From positions 1 through 64,000 of the forward strand of contig CAWJRJ010000025.1 of NCBI GenBank assembly GCA_963845245.1: 64,000 nt of DNA. Reading direction: 5' to 3'. This document shows, piece after piece, positions 32,130-42,015 of this stretch. Source of the DNA: Nitrospirota bacterium. GTDB taxonomy: Bacteria; Nitrospirota; JACRHJ01. Position 1 is the stretch's first letter. Every line of letters begins with the position of its first letter. The position numbers and the translations under genes were made by a program. The notes beneath the pieces were generated by a model. The model saw nothing but the letters and a program-made list of their open reading frames with translations, ran no database searches and was not told the DNA's origin.

Positions 32130-33180
32130 TCAAGGCCGGAAAATGACTTTCCCGCACCTGCCCGTATGCATCAGCTTGAAGCCCTGCTTCAAACTCCGAA
32201 AGAGGCAGCTCATGTGTCACAAGCGGTGCGAGGTTAAGCCTCCCGGAAGACAGCAGCCTGCTTGCCGTCTGCCACGTCCGGAACACCTTGCGACCGGTAA
32301 TGCCATACACCCGCAGCTTCCTGAATATTATATCATTGTTGAGGTTTATCGCCACCGGCCCCTTGAAAATGCCGAGGAGCGACACACGGCCCCCGGGCGT
32401 GACCAGTGGCAGGGCCTCGTTGAGGGCGGACTCGTTCCCGGAAACTTCAAGCAGCACGTCGACCCCGTTGCCGCTGGTTATGGTGAGGACCGGCCCCCCA
32501 AGAGAAGTGACTCTCGGGTTCAATACCACGTCCGCGCCAAGCTTTTCGGCAAGCTGGAGGCGGTACTCGTTCGGGTCGACAGCGATTATTCGGGTGGCCC
32601 CGCAGGCGCGCGCGACTGCGGCGCACATAAGGCCGATAGGCCCCATGCCTGTTATCAGCACGCTCTTGCCTGCCACTTCCTCTGCAAGCGCCGTGTCGAT
32701 TGCGTTGCCGAGAGGTTCCTGGATGGATGCCATGTGGTCCGGGATGTCGGGGTGGTTGGGCCAGATGTTTATGGCGGGTACTTTTACGAACTGGGCAAAC
32801 GAGCCGTCCGCGTCTACGCCCATTATCCGCACGTCCCGGCAGACCTCCTGGTTGCCGGTACGGCACTGGTAACAGCTGCCGCAGAAGAAGTGCGACTCAG
32901 CAGATACCCGCTGCCCCACCTCAATGTCGACCACCTCGCGGCCGACCCCCGCTACCTCTCCTGCAAATTCATGCCCGATGATGCGCGGGGTCTTTATCCG
33001 GTCTTCGGCCCACGGCGCCCATTCGTCGATAAGTGTGTCTGTGCCGCAGATCGAGGCGGCCGTGACCCGGATGAGGACCTCGTGCGGGCCTGGCAGCGGC
33101 ACTGGAACGTCTTTCAGGACAAAGCCTTTGCCCGGAAGCTCCTTTACCACAGCCTTCATGGTCCGCGGCAGGTTGTTCAC
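32130..33180 (-). CDS. tdh: L-threonine 3-dehydrogenase (indel near the C-terminus)
   Basis: SICGTD, GHEFAG, CGSCYQC..G...VC, QEPLGNA, GMGPIG, YGITGR. Confidence 0.9.
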
Positions 33181-33353
33181 TAACGTGGCCTTATTTCGGT
33201 GACTTTCTCGACGGAGAGCTGGATCCACCCCAGCTCGCCTTGCAGGAATACGTCGGTCTCGGAAACCTCTATCAGGCGGCCACGGTAGAGCATGCCGTCC
33301 GACATGACCTCTACTTCCTGGCCTATCAGTTCCATTAGGCTGCCTGTGTACAT
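33180..33353 (-). CDS. 57-aa Sm/LSM-like small beta protein (not in the ORF track)
   Basis: MYTGSLMELIGQEVEVMSDGMLYRGRLIEVSETDVFLQGELGWIQLSVEKVTEIRPR; TAATG and TAGTG overlaps with neighbours. Confidence 0.7.
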   Translation of the reverse strand: MYTGSLMELIGQEVEVMSDGMLYRGRLIEVSETDVFLQGELGWIQLSVEKVTEIRPR

Positions 33354-33776
33354 TATCTTCCCAAAGCCTCCTGAAGGTCCATAGCGTGTTCCTGCTCCAT
33401 CGCAAGGATGAGCCTGAGGCTTTGAGCCAGGTGGTAGAGGTTCAAGGCCTCGGCCTGGGATATCCGTTCGGTATAGCGGCTGATAGCGTCCAGCTCGCCT
33501 TCCAGGTCCTGCTCAAGCATGGTCACGTTGTCCTTCGAGGTCTTTGACTCGTATGTGGACACGGAGGGGAAACCGCCCAGGAATGTTATCTGGCCCGAGA
33601 GGGTGGTGGCGTGTGCCAGCTCCTCCTGCGCGTGGAGGATTATCTCTTTTTTCACCGACATGTACTGGGCGCCGGTAAGCACGCCCGAATGCTGCACGTA
33701 CTGGATCATGGCGGTGTATTCCCACGCCAGGTCCTTGTTCAGGAGCTCGATCAGCTCCTCCTTTGGTTATCGCCAT
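33353..33776 (-). CDS. Ferritin-like (bacterioferritin-related) di-iron protein (indel near 33762)
   Basis: Corrected start MAITKEELIELLNKDLAWEYTAMIQY; EELAHA, E..AI.RY, EQEHA di-iron ligands. Confidence 0.82.
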
Positions 33777-33794
33777 CAATTCTCCTTGTGCAAA

Positions 33795-35390
33795 CTAGTT
33801 GAGGTTTTCGAGGTCTATCTCCTGCCTGGCCTCGTATGTCAGGTCGGAGCCCTTCTCCCTTACCTCCACCATGACCTTTCTGGGGCCTTTGCTTTTGGGG
33901 ATCGGGCTCAATACGATGAAGTTTTTCTGCGTGTAGTCTGTTATCTTTTCCCAGTGATGTGCTGAGTTTGCCGCCAGTATGAAGAAGCGGTACTCGAAAT
34001 CTCCCGGCAGCGCAGGCTCGGCCATCAAGGAAAACGGGGATCCACGTCCCTTACCCGCCCTGTTAACCACCAGGTTGACCTTTCTTATCATCGGCCTTGG
34101 TGGTTGGGCTAGCCTGATGTTCTTTTTTAAATCAAGACTGCGTGCCGATTGTTCCGGCGTAGCCGCCTGGCTCTGCCTCTGGGTGAAACCCTCCAGTCGC
34201 AGCGTCTTAATAAAGGAAAGCTGGCCGGGCATAATTACGTTGCCTGTGATAGCGATGTTCCCATATACATCTACGGTGATCCCTTCCGCGCTGGCGTCGC
34301 CGCCCACGGGATAAGCCTTGTCGAAAACCAGCCTACCGTCCCTGTCATACACCAGAAGCATCCAATCTCCGGACTGTTCGTCCTTCACGGCCTTTCCCGC
34401 TACGTATGTGTTCCCGTCCCTGTCTACGGCTACTGCGTTTCCATGGTTCTTGTATTCGGAACCCCTGTAGAGGTTCGCCCACAGCAGTCGTCCGTCAGGC
34501 CCGTATTTGAGCGTTAGGGTTACGCCGTCGTTGGCGCTCGTCTCACCGGCAACCAGGATATTGCCATCTGCGTCCACGGCAACGCCCGATGCCTTTTCAT
34601 CGTCGAACTCGCTATTGTAGGAAGCGTCCATCAGGGTCTTACCTGAAGAGGCGTCGTAGCGGAGGACCCGTATGTCCGAGTTGTCAGTCGATGGGTTCTT
34701 GTACCAGCCGGCTACAACGATGTTTCCGTCGGGTGCTACCTTTATCCCGGTAGCATACGACTCTGCGCCCCCGTCATCCGATTTCTCCCACTGGATGGCG
34801 CCTGCCGGGTCAAATTTGACAGTATAGAATATCGGATAGGTGTCCGTTGAGGTCTTTGCCGTGCCGGTGACGTAGATATTGCCTGAGCCATCGACAACAA
34901 TACCGGCCGGGTCGTTGTTTTTTTTGAAGCCTGATGCGACGAACTCCATTAACGGTTCGCCGGCCGGGCTGTATTTTACGATATGGTAATCGGTGTAATA
35001 CGATCTGGAATAGCTGTCCCGCGGGTTGTCCAGGTTGTAGCTGGCCCCTGCAACATAGATATTGCCGTTCTTATCGAACGTAACCGCCCGTCCGATGTTA
35101 TACCAGGACGAGTTGAACTCGCGCGCCCACTCCATTGCTCCGTAGGTACTGTACTTTACGGTAAGGTAGCTGTAGCTGCCGTCTTTGGCGTTTATGGAAC
35201 CGGCGAGGGCAAGGGTGCCCTTGTCATCGATGGCAAGGCCTTTTACGTTGTCTGCGTCCGCCGGACGGCTTGTATATGTGTCGTCCCACAATATCGTCCC
35301 AGGCGCCGCCAGGGCAGACCCGTACGGGACCAAGCCAAGGAAAACGCCGGCCGCCGCCGCAGTAACCACTATTTTAGAATATAGTTTCAT
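33795..35390 (-). CDS. Secreted beta-propeller (SBBP-like repeat) protein with C-terminal beta-sandwich
   Basis: Signal peptide; repeated AVD..GNIYV.G...KY...G...W blades. Confidence 0.8.
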   Translation of the reverse strand: MKLYSKIVVTAAAAGVFLGLVPYGSALAAPGTILWDDTYTSRPADADNVKGLAIDDKGTLALAGSINAKDGSYSYLTVKYSTYGAMEWAREFNSSWYNIGRAVTFDKNGNIYVAGASYNLDNPRDSYSRSYYTDYHIVKYSPAGEPLMEFVASGFKKNNDPAGIVVDGSGNIYVTGTAKTSTDTYPIFYTVKFDPAGAIQWEKSDDGGAESYATGIKVAPDGNIVVAGWYKNPSTDNSDIRVLRYDASSGKTLMDASYNSEFDDEKASGVAVDADGNILVAGETSANDGVTLTLKYGPDGRLLWANLYRGSEYKNHGNAVAVDRDGNTYVAGKAVKDEQSGDWMLLVYDRDGRLVFDKAYPVGGDASAEGITVDVYGNIAITGNVIMPGQLSFIKTLRLEGFTQRQSQAATPEQSARSLDLKKNIRLAQPPRPMIRKVNLVVNRAGKGRGSPFSLMAEPALPGDFEYRFFILAANSAHHWEKITDYTQKNFIVLSPIPKSKGPRKVMVEVREKGSDLTYEARQEIDLENLN

Positions 35391-35611
35391 AATGCCCTTC
35401 TTCATAATAAATATACACGTAAAAGGCGGTTACCGTCAACCCGAATGAATTGATTTCCAAGGTGTCTGCCGTCCGGTTTCGATAATTACACGACAGATTC
35501 TTGCGGGCAGCTTGGACCAGGGCGTAGAGCGGCCTTCTTTACCCTGTTTTCTCTTTATTTTATGCCATTTTTGTGTTAAATATAGACATTTCAAGATGGA
35601 GATAAGAGCAA

Positions 35612-36673
35612 ATGGAACTGAAACCTGATTGCAGGCATTTTCTGGGTCACATACCATGCCGCCCCCACAAAAGGGAGGGTGTGCACTGCGCGGGCTGCCC
35701 ATACTATGACCCAGCCGATTTCAACGTCCTGATTATAAAACTCGGCGCCATCGGGGATGTCATCCGCACCACCCCGCTTTTGCACAGGCTGAAAAAAGAG
35801 CACCCCAGGGCCTTCGTTACCTGGCTCACCCTTACGCCCGAGGTACTGCCCTCTATGGTGGACCGGAAGATGGGTTTTGAGCTGAAAAACATCGTCTCCA
35901 TACAGGCCCAGGAGTTCGACCTGCTTATAAACCTCGACAAGGACCTCGAGGCCGCCTCCTTGGCGTCCAGCATAAAAGCCAAGGAAAAGAAGGGCTTTAC
36001 CCTGAAAGACGGTAAATGCACCAATATAAACGAGGCATCGTACCACAAGTTCCTCACCGGGCTGTTTGACGACGTAAACAAAGCAAACACGAAGAGCTAC
36101 CCCGAGGAGATATTCGAGATATGCGGATATTCCTTTGCGGGAGAGAAATATATCCTTGAGCTTCCAGGCAAGAGGCCGGCATTCGACATCCCGGAGGGCG
36201 CGCGGGTGGTGGGGCTCAATACCGGCTGCGGCGGCAGATGGGTTACAAGGCTTTGGGCCGACGACCGCTGGGTAGAGCTCGCCAAAAGGCTGAAGGCTGC
36301 AGGCTACTGGCCGCTCTTCCTGGGCGGAGAGCAGGAGCATGAAAAGAACATCCGGCTGGCTAAGGATAGCGGCGGGGCATACCTCGGAACGTTTTCCCTC
36401 CAGGACTTCTTCTGCCTGATGGACCGCTGCGAGCTGGTCGTCACCGCCGTCACGATGGCCATGCATATCGCGATAGGCCTGGGCAAAAAGCTGGTGCTTT
36501 TCAATAACATATTCAACCGCCACGAGTTCGAGATGTACGGCCTGGGTGAGATAATCACGCCGGGCGAGGACTGCGAGGGCTGCTTCAAGCCCACCTGCGC
36601 CACCGTCTGCATGGACAGGATAACGGTCGAGGACGCAATGGGGGCAGTCAACAAACTCCTGCCTGTTCTATGA
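35612..36673 (+). CDS. Glycosyltransferase family 9 (heptosyltransferase-like)
   Basis: IIKLGAIGDVIRTTPLL, FDLLINLD, VT..MHIA. Confidence 0.88.
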   Translation: MELKPDCRHFLGHIPCRPHKREGVHCAGCPYYDPADFNVLIIKLGAIGDVIRTTPLLHRLKKEHPRAFVTWLTLTPEVLPSMVDRKMGFELKNIVSIQAQEFDLLINLDKDLEAASLASSIKAKEKKGFTLKDGKCTNINEASYHKFLTGLFDDVNKANTKSYPEEIFEICGYSFAGEKYILELPGKRPAFDIPEGARVVGLNTGCGGRWVTRLWADDRWVELAKRLKAAGYWPLFLGGEQEHEKNIRLAKDSGGAYLGTFSLQDFFCLMDRCELVVTAVTMAMHIAIGLGKKLVLFNNIFNRHEFEMYGLGEIITPGEDCEGCFKPTCATVCMDRITVEDAMGAVNKLLPVL

Positions 36674-37794
36674 AGATCCTTCTCGTCGGCCCGGCATATC
36701 CGCTACGCGGCGGGATAGCACAGTTCCTCGCGCTTCTATACGAGTCGCTGAAGAAGGCCGGACACGACGTGGTATTCCACCGCTTCATCCGCCAGTACCC
36801 CAAGTTCCTCTTCCCCGGCAAGACGCAGGAGGACGAGGGCGCGCCGCCCGTGAACGTCGTCTCCACGCCCAGCCTCGACCCGTTGAACCCTTTCAACTGG
36901 CCGTTCGCCGCATGGCGGATTGCCCGCGAGAAGCCCGACCTCATAATACTCAAGTGGTGGATGCCGTTCTTCGGCCCGTCCTACATTGTCACGCTTTTTA
37001 TAGCGAAGCTGCTCTGCCGCGCCAAGGTGATGATAATAATAGATAACGCCATCCCGCATGAGAAGCGTCCGGGGGATATGCTCATCACCAGGCTCGGTTT
37101 TGGGCTTTCTGATTATTTTGTTGTTATGTCCGAGGCGGTGAGGCGCGACCTGCTGTCCATCAAGCCTGATGCGAAGTTTGTCCTGTCGCCGCACCCGCTC
37201 TACGACGTATTTGGAAAGCCGAAAGAAAAGGAAGAGGCAAAACGCGCGCTCGGGGTGTCCGGGCCGGTGCTGCTGTTCTTCGGTTTCGTGCGCGCGTACA
37301 AGGGACTTGCCGTCCTTCTGGACGCGATGCCGGAGGTATTAAAAGAGTTTACTCCCACCCTGCTTGTCGCTGGCGAGTTCTACGAGGACAAGGACACGTA
37401 CATCAAACAGATAGAGCGGCTGGGGATAGCTGACAGCGTGCAGGTGTTGGACCGGTATATAGCGAACGACCAGGTGGCCGACTACTTCTCGGCGGCCGAC
37501 GTCCTCGTGCTGCCGTACCTCTCGGCCACACAAAGCGGCATCACACAGATAGCCTTCGTGTTCGACCTGCCGGTCATCGCCACCAATGTAGGCGGGTTGC
37601 CGGAGGTGGTGGACCACGGCAGGACCGGCTACCTTGTCCCGCCCCAAGACCCCAGTGCCCTGGCAGGCGCAATCGTGCGGTACTTCAAGGAGAACAAAGA
37701 GGCCTCGTTCAAGGAGAACATACAGCTGGAAAAACGGCGTTTCTCGTGGGAAGGTTTTATAGATGCGGCATTGGGCCTGTATAATAAACAATAG
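36670..37794 (+). CDS. Glycosyltransferase family 4
   Basis: GPAYPLRGGIA, FFGFVRAYKGL, PYLSATQSG, TNVGGLPEVV. Confidence 0.92.
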   Translation: MKILLVGPAYPLRGGIAQFLALLYESLKKAGHDVVFHRFIRQYPKFLFPGKTQEDEGAPPVNVVSTPSLDPLNPFNWPFAAWRIAREKPDLIILKWWMPFFGPSYIVTLFIAKLLCRAKVMIIIDNAIPHEKRPGDMLITRLGFGLSDYFVVMSEAVRRDLLSIKPDAKFVLSPHPLYDVFGKPKEKEEAKRALGVSGPVLLFFGFVRAYKGLAVLLDAMPEVLKEFTPTLLVAGEFYEDKDTYIKQIERLGIADSVQVLDRYIANDQVADYFSAADVLVLPYLSATQSGITQIAFVFDLPVIATNVGGLPEVVDHGRTGYLVPPQDPSALAGAIVRYFKENKEASFKENIQLEKRRFSWEGFIDAALGLYNKQ

Positions 37795-37809
37795 CTTCCC
37801 GGAGGCCGC

Positions 37810-38649
37810 TTGCCCGCCCCAAAGGTCTACATAATCGTCCTTAATTACAACCGCAAGGCCGACACTCTCGACTGCCTTGGCTCGCTCTACAAGATGGACT
37901 ACCCCAACTTCAGGGTGGTGATGGTGGACAACGGTTCAAAGGACGGGACCGCGCTCGCCGTGATGGAGGCCTACCCGCAGGCGCACGTCATAGAGAACCG
38001 CAGGAACCTCATGTACTCGGAGGGTAACAACGTCGGCATCAGGGCCGCGCTTGCCGAGGGGGCCGACTACGTCCTGCTCCTGAACAATGACACCGTGGTT
38101 GCGCCCGACATGCTTAGGAAGATGGTGGACGCGATGCGTGCGCACCCTGATGCGGGCATTTCCGGGCCGATGATATACTACTACCCTCCAAAGTCCGGGG
38201 AGCCTGAACTCATATGGTATGCGGGCGGGATAGTAAAGCTCTGGCAGGGACTGACGGCCCACAGGGGAATCAGGGAACGGGACACGAGGCAGTACAATTC
38301 AGTGGAGTACACCGACTACGTCACCGGCTGCGCATTGCTTGCCACCCGGGAATGCCTTGAGAAAGTCGGTTTACTTGATCCGTCTTATTATATCTACGCC
38401 GAGGATGCAGACCTGACGATGCGGGCGCGCCTCGCCGGGTACAAGCTCTTGTTCGTGCCGGACGCTACGATGTGGCACAAGGTTTCGGCCACCTCGGGGG
38501 GCGAGTTCTCGGCATTCAAGATAAAGAACAAGATAAAATCAAACCTTCGGTTCTTCATCCGCTACGCCAGGCCCATCCACTGGCTCACCATCCCCTGGTT
38601 CGTCCTTGGACGGGGGATATTGTTTGCATTGAGAAAACTTACTAGATAG
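37810..38649 (+). CDS. Glycosyltransferase family 2
   Basis: LNYN, VDNGS.DG, LLLNNDT, TGCALL, YAEDAD. Confidence 0.92.
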   Translation: MPAPKVYIIVLNYNRKADTLDCLGSLYKMDYPNFRVVMVDNGSKDGTALAVMEAYPQAHVIENRRNLMYSEGNNVGIRAALAEGADYVLLLNNDTVVAPDMLRKMVDAMRAHPDAGISGPMIYYYPPKSGEPELIWYAGGIVKLWQGLTAHRGIRERDTRQYNSVEYTDYVTGCALLATRECLEKVGLLDPSYYIYAEDADLTMRARLAGYKLLFVPDATMWHKVSATSGGEFSAFKIKNKIKSNLRFFIRYARPIHWLTIPWFVLGRGILFALRKLTR

Positions 38650-38652
38650 GTA

Positions 38653-39807
38653 TTATGCAGCTTCGGTCTTTGAGGCGTTAAGCGGGCATGTGGTCCGGAC
38701 GGGTATCAATATCCTGAAGGTCGAGCCCTTCCCCTCTTCGCTCTCGACCTCGACGCGCCCCCCGTGTGCCTCGACTATCGTCTTGACTATGGCAAGCCCG
38801 AGACCGGTGCCCTTTACGGAAGATGCGCTGGGAGAGCGGTAGTATTTCTCGAATATCCTGCCGAGCTCCCCGGCCGGGATACCGGAGCCGGTGTCAATAA
38901 CGGATATGACGAAGAAGCCATCCGTCTTTTCGGCTACAATCCGTACCTCACCGCCCTCAGCCGTGAACTTCAGCGCGTTCTGTACCAGGTTTGAAACGGC
39001 CCTCCCCAGATACCTGCGGTCCACGCAGGAAATGCCCATGTCTTCTGAGACCTCGGTCTCAAGCCGTATGTTCTTTTTCTGTGCGATAGGGAGGAACTGT
39101 TTGTAAACGGAGGATACGACGCCGGGTATGTCCTCGGGGGCAAGGTTCGTCACGAACTTGCCCGATTCGAGACGGGATATGGTGAGGAACTCCTCAAGCA
39201 TCCCAAGTATCTTCTCTGCATTGCTCCCGATGTCCTCCACCATCTCCTGGGCCCGTACGTCCAGCGTATTATCAGTTTCGAGGAGCATCTCGGTGTAGCC
39301 CATGATGACCGTCAGGGGTGACTTGATGTCGTGGGTGACCATCGCATAGAAGTCGCTTTTCTGGCGTTCCAGGGCCTTCCTGTCCGAAATATCCCGCAGC
39401 ACGCCCGTGAACATACGCTTCCCGTCCAGGCGCATCTCACCGACGGCCAGGTAAAGAGGGAAGATACTGCCGTCCTTGCGCATGCCCTGCACCTCGCGGC
39501 CTATGCCTATTATCTTCGCCTTTCCCGTGGTCAGGTAGTTTGTTAAATAGGCAGGATGTTCTGTCCGGTAGGGCTCCGGCATGAGGATGGTCACGTTCCG
39601 GCCGATTACCTCATCATGGGTGTAGCCGAATATCTTCTCGGCGGCGGGGTTGAACCGCAGGATCCTGCCGCTATCGTCGATGGTTATTATGCCGTCTATA
39701 ACGTTATTGAGGATGGCCCGGTTCTCTTCCTCGCTCTGCCGGAGCCTCTCTATGTCTTCGGCTGTGAGTAGCGAGACCAGTCGGTCTTTTAATGATTGGT
39801 GTTCCAT
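38653..39807 (-). CDS. Cytoplasmic histidine kinase with FixL-like heme PAS domain
   Basis: [34 protein letters not shown]-box [14 protein letters not shown]. Confidence 0.88.
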   Translation of the reverse strand: MEHQSLKDRLVSLLTAEDIERLRQSEEENRAILNNVIDGIITIDDSGRILRFNPAAEKIFGYTHDEVIGRNVTILMPEPYRTEHPAYLTNYLTTGKAKIIGIGREVQGMRKDGSIFPLYLAVGEMRLDGKRMFTGVLRDISDRKALERQKSDFYAMVTHDIKSPLTVIMGYTEMLLETDNTLDVRAQEMVEDIGSNAEKILGMLEEFLTISRLESGKFVTNLAPEDIPGVVSSVYKQFLPIAQKKNIRLETEVSEDMGISCVDRRYLGRAVSNLVQNALKFTAEGGEVRIVAEKTDGFFVISVIDTGSGIPAGELGRIFEKYYRSPSASSVKGTGLGLAIVKTIVEAHGGRVEVESEEGKGSTFRILIPVRTTCPLNASKTEAA

Positions 39808-39891
39808 ACGGTGTCCTCTGGCGCAAATACCCTGAATAAGATAATTTTACCATCCGTAAGGGATAAAGTAAAAGCTTTTGCGGCAGGGACC

Positions 39892-42015
39892 TCAGGTTTG
39901 CATTGGGAGCAGGAGCCGGAAAGTAGAGCCCTTGTCAGGTTCGCTCTCAACCTCGACCCGGCCTCCGTGAGCCTTGGCGACCACCTCTACGATGGCAAGT
40001 CCGAGCCCGGTGCCTTTCGTGCCGGCGGTCTTGGGTGAGCGGTAGTATTTACCGAAGATCTTGCCGATTTCTTCCTGCGGGATGCCCGGCCCGTTGTCCG
40101 ATACCGAGATCTCAAGAAACGGGCCGTCCTCCTTCTGGACGGTGCTTGCGGTTACGCTGATATGACCGCCGCGCGGGGTATATGCAACGGCGTTTCCTAT
40201 AAGGTTCTTGATGGCCCTCTCGGCCTGCTTCCTGTCCACGGGGACAAGCGGTATACCATCCCCGGGGTCTATCGCCAGAACGAGCCCTTTTTTGTCGGCC
40301 AGAGCGCGAAAGTCGTTACCGATATCCGAGAGGATTGCCGAAACGTCGTTGGGCATGACGTGGAGTACAAGCTTACCGGATTCGGCTTTTTCGAAGGTGA
40401 GGAAGTCTTCGACGAGGGTTGCCATCTTCTCCCCGCCGTTTTTTATCGAATTAAGAAGGGTCTTGTCATCATCATCGGAAAACCTGGCCCTCTCGATCAG
40501 CAGGTATGCGCAGGTGAGGACTGAGGTCAACGGAGATTTGAGGTCGTGGGTTATCATCGCATAGAAGTCGGACCTGTACTGCTCCAGGTTCTTCCTCTCG
40601 GTGATATCCCTCACGAAGGAGCAGATATACTCCTTGTCTCCGATCTGCAGAAATACCGGTTTAACTTCTTTGGGGACGCGTTTGCCGTCACTTGTCGTAT
40701 GTATAACTTCCATGGGAGGTATATTCCCGGTCGAAAGCATTTCGACTTTATGCTTGTTAAAACGTTCAAGCCATGTCTTCTCGTCGAATTCGGTGTTTAT
40801 GTCGTATATACTCAGGTCGGGGACGTCAGACTTTGAATACCCGAGGCTCTTCATCGCAGCCTCGTTCATGTAGGCATACCTGCCGGAGGGCTCGATCATA
40901 TAGACCTCCTCGCCGGCGTTGTCGAGGATGAACTTGAATTTTGAAAGCTCTTCTTCGACGCGCTTCCTTTCGGTGATATCCCGTATGACTCCGACCATTG
41001 CCACAGGGTCTCCGGCCTCGTCCTTGATCATCGAAGTCGTGAGCCATATAGGGAACGTGTGCCCGTCGCGGTGTTTTACCATCAGTTCGCCCGACCACTT
41101 CCCGGTATCTTTTATGGCCGGCAGGATAACCTTGCCTGCGAACTCGGGTTCGGCGTTCATCACGCCCACGTGCCGGCCGAGGAACTCCTCGGGCGAGTAT
41201 CCGTAGACCTCCATCAGGGCCTTGTTGGAATACATTACGCATCCGGCCATGTCTGCAATCTGGAACACGTCAGTGGATGCCTCGACCGCCGAGGACAGAA
41301 GCATGACCCGCCCAAGCGCGGAGGAAAGCTCCTGTTCGTTTTTCCTGAGCTTGTCGCCGGCTGCAGTAAGGTCTGTTATGTCCTGTGATTGTTTCCAGCC
41401 GAACCGTGCTATAATTGCACCGACCCCAGCTGTAAATAGCAGGCACATGGCCATAAGCCCTTTTGTGAGATAGTTGAATTCCGAGAGGCGTTTAAATATT
41501 GCGGCATGCAGGGCCGCCTCGGCCCGGTTGGCCTGTTCTGTCGAACGATCCAGGGCGTCGTCGAGGTCCTCATCCTTTTCCGCCAAAAACACATTTTCGC
41601 CCTCATGCCCGTCCATCTGTTTCGCGTACCCGCGTACCTCGTCGATCTTTGAATCGAGCAGGGCCACTTCTCTCTCGAAATCCGGGTCCTTTAAGGGCAC
41701 ATATATGTTTTCGCCGTCCCTCCCCCCCTTAACCATTGCGTCTGCGGCGAATTCGGCGTGATCAAGCCGCTTCCAGTCTACGCTTTTAGGCTCGTTTTTA
41801 TTAAAATAGTGGTGCTCGATGGACAGGCGGAAGAGGGTAATGTCGTTCTTGACGATCATTATCCCGTCCTGGAGCGGGACATACTGGTCCATCATACTCC
41901 TGCCGTCCCTGGAAGATATAACCAGGGCCGCGAACATTGCAAGGCCCAACAGGACAATAGGCACAAGGTAGGCATATGTGGGAATATGTCTTTTGCCGGG
42001 CTCGTCAGCGCTCAA
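39892..42015 (-). CDS. Membrane histidine kinase (periplasmic helical sensor plus two PAS)
   Basis: Two TM segments, two PAS domains ending RDITERK, HDLKSPLT, HATPase. Confidence 0.9.
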   Translation of the reverse strand: MSADEPGKRHIPTYAYLVPIVLLGLAMFAALVISSRDGRSMMDQYVPLQDGIMIVKNDITLFRLSIEHHYFNKNEPKSVDWKRLDHAEFAADAMVKGGRDGENIYVPLKDPDFEREVALLDSKIDEVRGYAKQMDGHEGENVFLAEKDEDLDDALDRSTEQANRAEAALHAAIFKRLSEFNYLTKGLMAMCLLFTAGVGAIIARFGWKQSQDITDLTAAGDKLRKNEQELSSALGRVMLLSSAVEASTDVFQIADMAGCVMYSNKALMEVYGYSPEEFLGRHVGVMNAEPEFAGKVILPAIKDTGKWSGELMVKHRDGHTFPIWLTTSMIKDEAGDPVAMVGVIRDITERKRVEEELSKFKFILDNAGEEVYMIEPSGRYAYMNEAAMKSLGYSKSDVPDLSIYDINTEFDEKTWLERFNKHKVEMLSTGNIPPMEVIHTTSDGKRVPKEVKPVFLQIGDKEYICSFVRDITERKNLEQYRSDFYAMITHDLKSPLTSVLTCAYLLIERARFSDDDDKTLLNSIKNGGEKMATLVEDFLTFEKAESGKLVLHVMPNDVSAILSDIGNDFRALADKKGLVLAIDPGDGIPLVPVDRKQAERAIKNLIGNAVAYTPRGGHISVTASTVQKEDGPFLEISVSDNGPGIPQEEIGKIFGKYYRSPKTAGTKGTGLGLAIVEVVAKAHGGRVEVESEPDKGSTFRLLLPMQT

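Noticed and set aside
33353..33776. Ferritin-like protein as encapsulin cargo
   Set aside because: No C-terminal targeting peptide (ends DLQEALGR) and no encapsulin shell gene in the window.
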